Shown in pieces: positions 49,013 to 62,739 of a stretch of DNA of 64,000 bases. Made by a program: the position numbers and the translations under genes. The number at the start of each line of letters is the position of its first letter. The stretch's first letter is position 1. The stretch covers positions 54,934,001 to 54,998,000 of the forward strand of contig NC_045697.1 of the NCBI RefSeq assembly GCF_009834535.1, in the 5' to 3' direction. Source of the stretch: Camelus ferus (Eukaryota). The notes below the pieces were generated by a model that had not been told where the DNA came from, did not search any database, and was given only the letters and a program-made list of their open reading frames with translations.

Positions 49013-51984
49013 TGTGTGTTGAAGACAAGATCATATCTTCCCTCAAGCTAATAGCAACCTTGGGCTTTCCAGTTTTGTGTTGATAAATTCTCAAGTTTGT
49101 TTAAATGGTTTTAGGTTGGGTTTTATCACTTGGATTTAAAAGGGTTCTGCCTAATACAGGCAGTAATAGACTTAAAAAATATCTGTGGTGTGTAACACAG
49201 TACCCCTCTTCATTAGTAATTGTACCTAGTGAACTTTAAGAATATCATCAATTTCCAAATTCAGAAAGGTACCCAATCATTTATCCTTTGTTCATTCAAA
49301 AAACTACTGAATAACCCCTGAGGCTGGGATGAAATTGGTGCACAGTTGACTAATTCCTTTCTCCACAGAGCTTACAGTGTGTCAGATGACAGGTATTAAA
49401 CTAATGAATACATAAATATATTTATATAGATATAAAATTTCAAATCATGATGTCACCATGACGAAAGTGTCATAAATGAAAAGAATAACATGTCACAGAA
49501 TGCCAAAAGAGAGATTAGCATAGGCTGGCTGATAGGGTGAGAGCAGACTGAGGAACACTTAAACCTGGTTTAGTGAACTTGACAGATGATTTTGATATGC
49601 AGATGAAATGTCAACTTCAGATGTGTTTCATGGGCAAGATTTGAGGATCTCCAAATCAGCATCAACAATAAAGTCAGATTTAGTCCCCATCATTCTGTGG
49701 GGTTCATCTTTCAAAACCTAAAACTGACTAAGACATCAGCTCTCATATTAAAGATAGATTTGTATGCTTCACAAAATGTGATTCAAAAGCAGTTTTTGTT
49801 TGATGTCAAGTTGCTTTACCCTTTTACTAACTTTTAGAATTCTGTATGCAAGTATTCCTATCCCAGACATAGACACATAACTTGTAAAACAATGTTAATA
49901 AAAAATCTGAAAGGATCAAAGCAAAAATATCTATGGATAGCATTCTCAGTGACTGAATGAAGTTGAGCAACTTCATAAATAATCAAAATACTGTGGCAGA
50001 ACTAACACTGGCTTAAGAAGTCAGGAAGCCCAAATTCTAATCCCTCCTCTGCCCATGACTCACTCCACTTATCTGGGTTCCAGCATCTCATCTATGGGGT
50101 TAACTTTCTTTCTTTCTAAATTTTCTTGCAGTTTAAATATTCTTTATACCACTTAATTCACAAAAATATTCAAACATATTAAGAGAGAAATTCTTTTAAG
50201 GTTGAGTGAATATTTGATGTTTTGGCAAAGGACAGTGATAACACTGTAATATAACTGAGTCAAAGTTATTTAATAGTAAACACTATGCTGGCTGGTTTCT
50301 TTCATTGTCTTGTGGATTGAGCCAGGGAGGATCCTGGTAGCCCTGGAATATCAAGAAATTTACATTCCAGGACCTTTAAAACAAAGAGCCTTCTTTATCT
50401 CAAGTGCCTTGCACTTGGCCACAGTGGGGGGTTTATAAGGTCACTCAGAAGTTCTGGAGCCAAACTGAAACTGGAATTCTCTTAGGCATTTGGTTTCTGT
50501 CATTCAAATAGCACTTCCCTTGGGCTGTTTAGCATTATTGCTTTGGTTATTTGTTTTACTTTTGTTACTTGATAGGAAGCTCTCTTTGAGTTCAAAAATA
50601 ACTGCATCCTATATATGTATGTATGTCTTCTGAGATGCCACAGATAAATGCCTTGTATTTTATGGGCATTTGATAAATGTTTGTTGAATATATGGATCTT
50701 AAAATGAGTTCCTTTGAAAAAAAATATCAAGGGGTAAAAATTCAAGAATACTACACATCAGAAGAGATTTTTATTTAAAACATCCTCAAAATCTCAATAT
50801 TATGTAGCAGTGGCAGAACAAAGCTTTTTAAAACATCAATGCCACATCCTTACAATTGAGGTCTTAAGAGATTCAAACCTTACTGAGAGAGTAACTTAAC
50901 TTTTTAAAAGTGTATAATCTTACTATGTCACGTGGTTTCTTTTCCTGCTAAAGTGACAAAATAATAATGGAGGCATAACAGTGATGACCTAAAGGAGCAG
51001 GAATTCAGGTATCCTCTCTTAGATATCCTTGTTGTAAGTATTTTAAGTAACATTTTCCAATTACAAAGAGAGACAGACAGGTCCCTGTACCCCTGACTTC
51101 TCCATAGAAGGGTTGTTAGGAGGGCTACAGACTTTTTTTGAGAAATGTGCATAAAGATTTTAAAAAATCTCATCAGGGCGACTCATCAAAACCAGAATAA
51201 CATGCTCTGTGTTTGGTGGCAAGTGATGTTCAGGGGTGGGCAAACCAAAAAGACCCTTTGGTTTTCATTATGATTATGTATCCAAAGTAAACATTACATT
51301 CCACTTGTAAAGGGCCTGTAAAGTTCTTTAAATGCCTGGTAAATGTTATCCAGTACTCTCTCTGTTATTCTTTTGAATTTGGGGTGCATTTCTTTTGCAA
51401 GGCAATAGCAGTATCTACTCTTACACACAGGGTCTGCCCCTTTCTCTTCAGCTATGGCATTCAGGAAGAGGGTGACTGAAGTGGAAGTGATAATAAATAG
51501 GGCCAGGACAGCCTACATATGCTCTTCATGCAGGCAGGGAGCTCACTGAGCCTTTCTGCTGTTGGAGGGCACACTTGTTCCCTGGATAGCACAAGAGGTG
51601 GCTGTTCTGTGACCTCCCCTTAGTTATCACACACATATAGAGGACTGGCTTAGAGGAAAGGTTGTGTACTCATCCCCTTTGTGAATATAAATGACTCAGG
51701 TAGACACCTACTGTTTCTCAACATAAACCTCTTTTATTACTTAAGTATTTGTTTTCAACTATAGAGCTGGACACTGGCCAAATTGTGCAGTTACCTTTAG
51801 TGAGCCAAACGTTCAAGATGCATCTCTGACCTTTTGTTCTGCTAGTTAGTGGCCTAGATTTAGAGTTATCTCTGTGAGGTTCTAAGGTGCATGGCCGAGG
51901 TTCTCCCATGGCTACATCATGCCTTGCTGGTTAAAGTTGGCAGCAAGGGGCCTAGGGATAAAAAGATGGGCCTTCATATCAGCA

Positions 51985-52190
51985 GAAAAGGGAATTTTAA
52001 CTCCGCCATTTATTAACTTACTGTAATTTTTAAGGTTCTTAATATTTCACTGCCTTAGTTTCTTTACCTTTAAGAATACCTTTGTAGAGGTGTCATGAGG
52101 ATTAAAATGAGATAGTTTAGTGTAAAATGCTTCACATAGTGCCTGGAACCCAGTGAGTACTTAATCAATAATAGTTACTATTATGATTAC
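51985..52190 (+). mobile_element. MIR SINE
   Basis: 'tgccttagtttc..gtcatgaggattaaaatgagata..tgtaaaatgcttcacatagtgcctggaacccagtgagtacttaat'. Confidence 0.8.
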
Positions 52191-55089
52191 TGTTATTCTT
52201 AGCCTGATATTTTCAGTTTCCAGTGTAAAAATTATTTAAACCAGTATAAAGCTCTCCACATTTTTCTGTTTGTAAGTCCAAGGAATTTCACCCAAATTTA
52301 CAACATCTTTCCTATGCATTTAAAACCTATCTCATTTACATTCTATATTTGAGAATCACCTGTGCATCTCTAGATTTTATACATCATTTTCCATTTTTAT
52401 TTGGGGTGCTACTTAAATAGGCATTATTAAGGAGTTTCCCAAAAGAATAGGTGAAAATTGAGAGTCTTAAATGATTCATTCCAGATTATTTTGTGTAAAA
52501 TTTGAAACTGATAGAACATTTTTGGACACAAAATCTTATAATCAGCTAGTAACATGTTTTGAATAATGTCTCTTCATTTTACTCCCTTGCTTCCATCTTT
52601 CCTGAACACATTTAATACCAGATGGCTTTAAGATGTTTTTAGGCTATCGAACAGACTGGACCACATTCTGTTCCTGGAGGGCTGTTACCCACATGTAGGT
52701 GGTTCATGAAACAGAAGAATAGAGTAATACATTGTGGTAAAACAATTTTATATTCAAGAGAAAAAAACATGTCTTAATTTATTTGCATTCATTACATTAG
52801 CATTCTAAGTAGACACATTTCAGTTGAAGGATTAGACTATGGATCTTGTCAGTGTGTTTCTTCCTATGCACACCCAGAATGCTCTATAAATGCTTCCACT
52901 TTGATGAAATAGGAGATGAAAGAATTAGCAGTACTTGCATTGAATGCAAGCATTTCATATAGACTATGGCATAGCTTTATAGGCAGAAAGCTTAAATATA
53001 TTGTATACATCAAACTGACTGTTCTGTTCTTACTATGTTAAGGAAAAAAAAGCAATTATTTTAAAAGTCACAGTTCCATATAAAATATTGCTTCAAGAAG
53101 TTCTTTGGCTTTGAAGTGGTGTCTAAACCTTTGCATCTTTATGAGGTCATATTTTTCAGACTGAATTTTAAAATATATCTAATATATGTATGTACACATG
53201 TCAAGGCAGAGGAATGCTTTGTATATGAATTTAATTAAGCAATAGGCCACTTTGGGACTTGTTTTATGGAGCCATTTGTTTCATGCGAGTTCAACTGCCC
53301 AAGCTACCGTGCAATAATGGTCTCATAAAATTATTCTCTGGAGGGTCTTTTTTCTACTATAATGTGCTTTTACTTAAAATTTAGTTTAATAGCAACATTT
53401 TTCCTTATATATCAACTGTATACAAGGAAAAGCTATCAGAAAATTTGATGGTTAAAGAGCTCTTGGCTTTCTATATTTATTATTGGGAATTGTTCATTCA
53501 GAGAAGAAAAAGTGAGGAAAGAAGAGAAAAATGTACATGTTGCATTAGTAATAATCTTTGGATTTGCTATTTGTATCTAATTATCTTTTGAAATACTCTC
53601 ATTTAAACCCCTTTGGGGGTATTTCTGCCCTCAGCATCTCTGTTGCATATATGTGCTTGATCTCATTTTAACCTTCTTAGAAACAAGGAACCATTTACAG
53701 CAGCATTGCCTAGTATGTGCTAGAAGATAGGCTCATTTTTAGGACCACAGTAATCAGTTGAGACTTAATTCCAGTTTTTAGTAAGCTTCCAGCTTAGTAA
53801 GAAAGCAGATTTGTCAATAAAGTTTTGTAAAGTATGTGAAATTTACAGCAGTTGTACTGGACGTATTTTCAAGCCATGAATTTAGAATTACAAGAAACGT
53901 CTCTCTCTTCATTTTTCTACCCCTGAACTTGGTTTCTGTTTTAAGCAAGACTCCCTGGGATCCAGGCCAGAGTGGCTCTTGCCCAGAGCCCTGTGTTCTA
54001 CAAGACCTTAAATTTCTTAAATACATGTACCCACCTATTTTAAAGAATACATAGATTTTTCTGTCAAGTGAAATTTAGCACTCAGTGCTTGCATGCCTGT
54101 AATCCCAAGCATCTCCTGACTAATATCGCTCCTTTCCCAGAGTAGTATTTCCATCATCTCTTACAAAGGCAACTGTGTACAAATGCTGTGGAAGTTGTGG
54201 GCTGTGCCACTGATGACATTGGAGGTGTGCATTGCTTCCGAGTAAGGAGAGGATCAGAGCAGGGAAAGGGCATAGATAAGAAAAAAGATGGATTAATTGA
54301 TCTGTCAAATACTTCTTCTCAAGTAGGATAAACAAAGTAGATTTTTGAAACATATAGCATCATTTCTCAGTACTGCTGAGCATCTGTTGTTACTTTTCAC
54401 GTTCCAATTTGTGTTTCCAAAGATACTCACAAATAGCAGGTATTCACAATATGTTGCAGAGCTTAAAATATTTTATAACATTAAATGATTCCTCTTTTTT
54501 TTTACAATTTGTATTTACCTGAGTTTAGACATAACTCTCATAAAGCATGATGCTGATGCTTTACTTTGGCATCTAGACAGATATGAAATGCAAAATTCTG
54601 ATGAGTTGTATTTTTATAAAATACTTCATAAGAGTTAATTAAATTTTTAAGAATTAAAAAATTCTGATTTATTTAAATATTTTTATTTAAAATTGATATT
54701 CCTTATTACTTTTTAATGCTTAATTTTGAATATTAAAAATATTTTGGGGGCTAACACATGAAAAATAATAATTTTTTATATTCAACAGGTAAAAATGTAT
54801 TCAGATTTTATGTACTTTGAATTTAATTACAGTTTATTTTTTTAACAATGTTAAGTAATTGAGAATGAGTACAAATTGAGGTTGTGATAGATACAGAAAA
54901 TATGAAAGTAGTGCTCAGAAAAGTTTAAAAAGCAAAAATGAAGAAGAAATTTTAAAAGATTCCTCAAAGAGATGAGGTGGTCTGTTTAATTCTTTTAAAC
55001 CTGCAAATGGTGAAAGTTAGCAAATGATTGCCCATGATGATTATTGTAAAATATATTAAGTCAAAACCACAATGGGAAGTGTCTCTGTG

Positions 55090-55248
55090 TGCCTCTGGGC
55101 GGTGTACTTAAACTTGCTGTGACTAAAATTTTCTTCTGTAAAATGAGGATAATAAAAATGCTACCTCACAGGGTTGTTGCATGACTTAACAGTAAAGTTC
55201 TTAGAACTGAGCCTGACATACAATGAGTGCTCCAAAAATCTTCAGCAA
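55090..55248 (+). mobile_element. MIR SINE
   Basis: 'ctgtaaaatgaggataataaaaatgctacctcacagggttgttg..ttagaactgagcctgacatacaatgagtgctc'. Confidence 0.85.
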
Positions 55249-56454
55249 GCATTAATATTTTGGGAAGGGTGGATGTGATGTGTAGTGTTGAATACCAGAT
55301 GGTATGTAGGTTATAGAGGAAGTGTTCTATTCATTTATTTTTATTTATATCTCAGTTCTTGGCTATATTTTGGCTTGTATGTATAGGAAGGAACCAATGG
55401 AGTGTGAAACGTTGCCCGTACAAGAAAATTGGATGGTGGTGGGAGCAAGATCCTGGAGGAAATGGGAGGATGGCAGATAAAGTATTAATGAAAGGAGTTC
55501 CTTGGAAAAGAGAAGCCATGTTTCCTCTTCTGACATGGGGATGAAGGTGATAGTCGTGGTGAGGAGGCAGATTAAGTACTTCATTCCTCTCTGTCATATG
55601 AGGCTGAAATTGAATCAGGCAGCGTCCAGCCCTTGTAGTAATGAGAAGAGAGAAGGAGAAAGGGAACTGGCCTGAGTCATTGAAAAAGATTGTTGCTTGT
55701 AGCATCATCAGTCCATACAATTGTCCTAGTTCATGGTTGCATCTTCAGAAGTGGCTGGAGGGGAGAATTCAGATGTTTGGATTTACTTAAGTCATCATTT
55801 TTAGGATGTTGAACCAGAAACATGTAAAAGTAAAGAAATTGAGGGTACTGGTAAAAAAGATCAGTAAATTGATACCAGTGGATTTAGGATGGGCAGGTAA
55901 GGAGGTAAGGCTAGAAATAAGTGATGGGTAGGGCAAAAAAGAAGGGTCAAGGGAATCAGGATATTTTGAGGTTAAAGAACATATTTATTTTTAGTGAGAG
56001 AAAGAATCAGCTTGTCAGACAGGAGATGTTGAGTTTCTGATTATAGAGGTCAACAATTTTCAGATGCTCTTTTACAGACTTCTTAGAGGAGAACTCTGCA
56101 AAGGAGTCAGGGTACCAGGTAGGAATCCTGTTCCCTAAAATGAAACAAAGCCATAATAGTAATCATTTCTTCACTAGCCATTCCTATTCATGATTAAAAA
56201 TTAAGCTTGTTGACTCTTACATCTCATGAGGTTTAAAGAAAATGAATAATGGAAAACACATTGCCAGTGCAGCTTGCTTGTAGACCCTTTATGTGAACAA
56301 TACCCAAAGTCCCAAAGAGGGTCCCCATTAATTAACGGAAGAGTTGTTCTTCACTTGACTTGAATCACTCATCCAGAAGTTGAGTGAAGTGTTTTCCACC
56401 TGACAATATTAACAACCCTCATTTGCAAACAAGCACTTATATGAAACAGCAACA

Positions 56455-56650
56455 ACTTTATGCAGAGCTTGAAGTCAAGACCTCTGAAAACAGACTGCTT
56501 TCCTTATGGAATTCTCTGTGCCTCAGTTTGTAAAATAAAGATAATAATTCTGTGCACCTTATATGGCTGTAATGAGGATTAAATGAGTTAATATTTGTGC
56601 AGTTCTTAGGACAGTGCTAGGCAGCTGGTGAGACTATACAAATAGTATTA
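56455..56650 (+). mobile_element. MIR SINE
   Basis: 'ctctgtgcctcagtttgtaaaataaagataata..tgtaatgaggattaaatgagttaatatttgt..cttaggacagtgctaggca'. Confidence 0.85.
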
Positions 56651-57129
56651 GATAAAGAAGTTTAATGATTATAATAGTAATAGTAATAATAACAACATTA
56701 GTAAATATCAGGGAAAATACTATAGTAACTAAAGGTCTTACACATAGTTCTCTGGTCTCTCAAAATCCCATAATATTTCACACAATACTTGACTGCCCTC
56801 AAAGAATGTGGTTCAAAGGTACCTCAGGTTATTAGAGGACATTTTCCAAACCCAGAACCCTAAAGGCCCCAAAGCTGTTCTCTGCCAATGGATTGATCTT
56901 ACTGGCCTGGGCTCCACGGTGTGCTTGTATTTGCTTGGCCAGCACCATCTGAAAGGGTCTGTTCAGCTCGCTGCTGTTCCTTCTCTGCCTACCTTTTGGT
57001 ACACTTGTTTAAAAATTACTTCTTTGACTCCCACATCCTTCCAGCTACTGAGGCATTTCTTTGCTCATTTTAACATCTTTTTTTTTTTTTTTTTTTTGGT
57101 GTTATATTCTATCTAAGGTATCTTCACTG

Positions 57130-58640
57130 TCTCATTGTCTAATTGCTCATTAAGCCATCATGATTTTTTCCTCCTGCATTGTGACTCTAACTCTCTTCCC
57201 ATGATTTCCAGTATTGCTACATTCAGTTTCTACTTTATCTAACCTCTCAGCAAAACTGGGATAAAAGCTCATTTCCTCTTTATTGAGAACACTAGTTCCT
57301 CTTAGTTCTCATCACCCTCTTCTGCTTTTCATCCTTTTTCTTCAACTTTTCCTTCATAGTCTTTCTTAGAGCCTTCTTTTTCTACCCAAACCTTAGGCAT
57401 TATGAAGTCTAGAGCTCTCTGTGTGCCTGTTTCCTTTATATACATCCTTCCTAGATTACTTAATTCTTCCCATGGCTTTAATTGCTTCCTTTGAGCTCAT
57501 AATTTCTAAATTTATTTCTCATGCCCAAACCACTTTTTTAAACCCTAGGCAGTTTGCAGCTGGCAGTTTGAGGGTTATAGAGAAAAGACTGGAGGTTGAG
57601 AGTAGTCCATTTTGTGACTACTGAACAGACCCTCATCTGCCTAATTGTGGCTGTCCTATGCACTTTCGTCATTTCCCCTTGACGTGAGAAGGGGGATGCA
57701 GTTTCTTTGTGGCCATTTAGGGTTCTCTGCCATAGAAGAGAGAATCAAATATGAATTTTTTAATAAACTTCTGCATTCAGGCCAGATTTCCTGCTAGGAC
57801 ATCACCTCCTGTCAAAGGAGAAATAGGGGCTAAGTCACATAGAGTGGCTTCACATTTGAGTTCAGTTACAAAATCTATGTAAGACTGTATTGACTTCCTG
57901 TTGTATGGGGTTCTAGAATCTCCAAATAAAGGTAGCCTGGAATATCCTAAAACTTAGATATTGGGCTTCACTTCTTGCCAAGTGCTTGGCAGAGAGTCTG
58001 GTGCCCAGGAAGTTTCCTGGGGCAGTGGTTACTGTTACTGAGGAGAGTGGTGAAGCAAGGTCCCATTAATGGAGAGAGTCTTAAACCATCACAAGTGTCT
58101 CAGACTTAATACATTCAAACCAAATGCTTGATTTCTGCCCACAAAACCTTTCTTCCTTTAGTTTTTCCCATTTTGATCTTTAGCACTTCATCCATAATTA
58201 TTCAAGCCAAAATTCCTCTGCTTCACTATGTTGCAAATGATTGGTAATTCCTATTGTTCCTACTTACAACATATACTCTAAATTTATCTTTGCTCTTATC
58301 TCCCACTGCCACCACTTTTTCCAACAGGCATCCTGTCTCATCCAAACTCTGGCAATGACCTTTTTGATAGTCTCTCTTCTTCTCTTGGCTCTATTTTATT
58401 TTATATTTCACTCAGTTGAACAATTAAAATTTGGGAGAAAAATGAGAACATATTATTCCTTTGTTTAAATCTTTTAATGACTTAACATTTCCCTTAAAAT
58501 AAAATAAAAAATTCTTCAGCCTGCTGTACAAGTCCCAGAGTGACCAGCCTGCCCTTGAGTCATCATTGTCATCCCAAAGGCTCTTTCTCCTTGTTCACTG
58601 GGCTGGCCTCTCTGGAGTTCTTTTGGGTCCAAATGTCAAG
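57130..58640 (+). mobile_element. L2 LINE (sense), split by an unclassified insert of about 540 bp at 57549-58090
   Basis: 'ttaattcttcccatggctttaatt..ttctaaatttatttctc' resuming as 'tctcagacttaatacattcaaaccaaatgcttgattt'. Confidence 0.65.
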
Positions 58641-58692
58641 CTTTCTCTGTCTCACTATTGAAATCATTTATGACCATATTTAATATTGTCTC

Positions 58693-59790
58693 ATCATTTA
58701 TTCATTATCCTTTCATTCATTTATTCAACATATATTAAATAAGCTCCTGCTATGTCCAGGCAATTTTGTGAGTGCTAGAGATATTTGCAGTTAACCAAAG
58801 GAAAAAAAAATCTGCTCTTGAGGCTCTTACATTCTAGTTGTCGGGTAGTAAGGAGAAAAAAATGAAATAAATATGACATGTGTCTGGTGTTGTTAAGTGC
58901 TATGGAGAATAGTGAGTCTGGCTGAAGGAATCAGAGGAAGTTTCTATTTTATAGGGTGGAATGGTTAAGTTTCTCTGTTAAGGTTGTGTTTGAGCATATA
59001 CTTGAAGAAAGTTAACAGAGTGATCTATGAGGATATCTGGAAAAAGAGTATCAGGCAGAGAGAACAGTGAGTAGAAGTGCTCTGACGTCACAGAGGTCAT
59101 GAGATGTTTGTGTAACAGCAAGGAGGCCAGTGCAACTAAAACAGAGGGGGAGGGAGTGAGACAGAGATGGAGCTGGAGGTTCAAAGAGAGAGGAAAATCT
59201 GTGTATATGAATTCAGACCATCAGATATGGGAGGACTTTTTGAACTTTTATGTATTTGTGGAATTTTTAGCAAAAGCATGACATGATCTGATTTATATGT
59301 TAAAACTGTCACTTTGAGTACTCTGCAGAGCATGGGCCCTAGGGAAATATTGGTGGATCAGATAAGAGGGTACAACTATAATCCAGGATTGATATGATAG
59401 GAACCTGAGTCAGATGGGCAGCAGTGGAGATACTGAGAAATAGTTTGATTCTGGCAATGTTTAGGAAGTTGAGCTGAGATCATTTTCTGATGGGTTGACT
59501 GGTGGTTGTGAAAGTATTAAGAAAAATTCTGAAGTTTTTGTACTAAGCCCTGCAGGATGAGAACAATGTGGGAGAAGAAAATTTAGTGCTAGAGGAATGT
59601 GGGATCAGGACTTCATTTTTGGACAAATTAAGAATGAGATTCAATTAGAAATCAAGTAATTTTTGACTAAGCAATTTTATTTTGATTCTGGAGTTAAGAA
59701 GAGGAGTCCTGACTGGAGATATACATTGGAGGGTCATTATTTGCGTACTGATAATAGTTAGTGTTATGAGACATGTTAGGCAACTGGAAA
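58693..59790 (-). mobile_element. L2a-type LINE, 3' 1.1 kb
   Basis: Tail 'ttcattcatttattcaacatatatt..ctgctatgtccaggcaa' then 'cagcaaggaggccagtg', 'gacatgatctgattt', 'ggagtcctgactggagatatacattggagggtcat'. Confidence 0.85.
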
Positions 59791-61310
59791 AAATCAATAT
59801 TTTTTTCAAATAAGTTGAAAATTCAAGGGGTACCCTCTGTTCCTTGCATAAGCGAAACAAAACAAATAAAACAACTAAGATTCTTGGCTATCCAAGACAC
59901 CAATATAAAATTTTTTTAAAGAAGAAAAATAATGAGAGGAAAAAGATAAATTAGGGAACAAAAGACAAATTGAAAGATATTTTTAGGTATATAGTTTTGA
60001 GAAAATATTATAGTCTGTGAAAGAAGAATAGGATACTATAAAACGTAGCTAGAGCTGAAGTCTTGCTAGATGTAGAGTCAGATGATTAAAAAGAATCACA
60101 AGACATCGATATTTTCAAATACTAAGGGTAAAAAGATGATCTTAAGAGCTTCTGTAGATAAAGAAAAGATAGATTAAATGGAAACAGGAATTATTCTGGT
60201 AACAGGAAATGATTCAAAGATCTAAAGAAAAATGATTTTAAACCTAGAATTTTATATCAGTAAAAATTTTACTTTTAGCATTCGAAGACTCAGAAAGTAA
60301 ACCTCCCCTTCACTTTTTATCAGAATGTTACTTTAAGTGATAATCTGTTGGGCAGTAGATGGTGATAAAATGGGATTTGATATTTTTCTTGAAATTCTGA
60401 AACAATTTAATAAGGTGATAAAGATAATACATACACGAATAGAAAGGCAACTGATAATTCTAGGGAAAAGTAGAATCACAAAAAAAGCAATACAAGAAAA
60501 AGATACAGCCCAAGACAGTGAACAAAAACTCCAGATTTTTGGGGGGTTCTTTATTTTCAGCGTTTAGAATCAATTTCTAGATATGAAAATGAAAAACTTT
60601 ATAATTAGAGAACCAACTATGAATATTATAAACTTGAGAAATAGAAAAGTAGAGGTAATAAAAATTACAAGCTGGAAGATGATCAAAATAGAAGAGAAGG
60701 GTAAGTTAAGGAGAGAATACAGACACACACAGTGTTTTGTCTCTATTTTTTGTAATAAGAAATAAGGTTATAAGCAGATTTAAAAAAATTTTTTTTGTTG
60801 AAAGTGTTGATTTACAATGTTAGTTTCAGGTACAGCAAAGTGATTCAGTTATACATATACATACATACATACATGTATTTTCTTTTCAGATTCTCTTCTG
60901 TAATCTGTTATTACAAGAAATTGAAATTGTAAAATTAACCAAATAGTAGAACTAATAATATTACCATATTGGGAAGTGATAGGTAAGAGGTAATGAGCAA
61001 GGGTATAAATGAGTTATGTATGAGTTATCAGGAGGAAGACAGTGAATAAGGTCTAAATTTGATAAATTAAAAAAAAAAAAACCCCAAAACAGTTACATGA
61101 GTGTGTTATTCATAAATATGGATCACATGAAAAACAAAAGCCAATAACAATAAACATTGTTAAAAGTAGTGTATTATGACCAATAAAATTAAGCTTAGGA
61201 TGGGGAAGGGAAGGAGAAAATCAATTAATTTTAACCAAAGTCCTTTAGCATATTTTGCTTTTTATTTGTGTGTATGCTATAATTTAATAGAAAAGAATCT
61301 TAGTTTTAAA
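59790..61310 (+). mobile_element. Ancient HAL1/L1ME-type fragment (A-rich sense strand)
   Basis: 'aagaaaaatgattttaaacctagaattttatatcag' (ORF1-like F.PRILY) and 'gactcagaaag'. Confidence 0.6.
60789..60925 (-). mobile_element. Very short L1 3' tail of cetartiodactyl type
   Basis: 'ttgttgaaagtgttgatttacaatgttagtttcaggtacagcaaagtgattcagttatacatatac..tcagattctctt..ttattacaagaaattgaa'. Confidence 0.85.
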
Positions 61311-62739
61311 AATAAAAACCAAAGTTCAAAGCATTATGATCTTTTAAGGGACTGCTTTGAGTACGAGTTGCTTTTAGACATCTCAGTGTGAAATTATTAA
61401 GTATAACCTGTGTTTTTGCGTAACACATACAAGCTTTTTGGTTTTTCTCTTTTTTGTTTCCTATATATAGTTGTCCTTTCTCTGGAATTCTGTTGGGAGG
61501 TTTTGATATGCTTGTGTGAATGGCACAAAAGATATACAAATAGAATACCTTCCTGTTCTTATTCCTCATTCCTCTGAGTTGTGAAGCTCATCATCTGTAG
61601 CCTCCTTTTATGTTAGGATGGATTTATTATTGAAAACACAGAAAGATTGCCTTGCACACAGCGTATCATGTGCTCTTCCTGGGAAATGCTAAATGAATGT
61701 AGCGGTGCAATATATATAGATTTAGACTATAAATACCTGACTATTAGGTTTTGCACACAGTTATGCAGAGCTCTTCTCTGTTCAGAATGCCTAATGTCTT
61801 ATAATACATCTGAAGGAAGAAAAAAAAAAAAAGACATCTCCTGCAAATGTGGCGGTGGTGGTGTCCATCAGGCTTGCCAGTTTTATTCTAGCCAAGATGT
61901 CATTGTGAAAAAGAGAAGGCTTCAAGAGGGAATGATTCTCAGGGTTACTGTTCTATGTTAACCCCTCTCTCCATTTTTCATGTTGCCTTCAGGTTGGAGC
62001 AATTTTACCCTGAGCGATGAGAAAGTAAAAATCTCATTCCCTCCCCTCTACTGCCTCCAGCAGAAAGCTATGAACCCTCTTCTTCACTGCTTTTGTTGTT
62101 TGGATTTCTGTCTAGCTGAGATTTGTGAGAGCGGATTTGAAAGGCTTCATTTTCTGTACTTTTAGCCTGGTACTTTGGTATGCAGATATTCCCTTAAAAA
62201 TGTCACCAAGGTATCTTTGTGCAGTATATGATTAGGATATAATTTGACTGGCACTGCCCTAAAGAGGGAATGAGTTCTGTTTGTATTTTATTAAGCGGTT
62301 TAGTTGGTCAGGCACTTCCCTGATCTTAGGTATGTATGCTTTTATTATTCAATATACCCCCAAAATAAGGTCTCTAAGAGAAAAATTCACAGAGACTTCA
62401 ATGGAGTCCTCACAAGGAAATGTGAACAATACTCTTCTGCATTCTCATCTGTTTCACTTGCCCTCACTGTGATTCCTCTTTGGGTTTACCTGGAATCCTT
62501 AGCTTGAAGGATTCAAATACATTAAATATTTAAAGATTATCCTTTTAAGGGTATAAGAAAGGACCCCAGGCTGATGTCTCAAAGAGCTCTGACAACTTTT
62601 ATATTTAATCTTTGTGATCTCATGAGTCTCCTGTGATTTCAGTTCTCTTTATGTATTCTAATCACCTGGGGAGATGGTTCATAACCCCTACCTGTTATTA
62701 AGGTTCTGTGTGGGATTTTCCTTTTGTCTTAGCTTGAGC

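Noticed and set aside
50416..50432. CTCF-like motif 'ggccacagtggggg'
   Set aside because: Deviates at core positions; a single weak match is expected by chance.
53652..53663. 'tgtgcttgatct' resembling the miR-218 5' end
   Set aside because: Only 12 nt match and no precursor hairpin.
54141..54241. Possible exon 'ctttcccag|AGT..CGA|gtaagg'
   Set aside because: Moderate sites only and an unrecognisable peptide; indistinguishable from a pseudo-exon.
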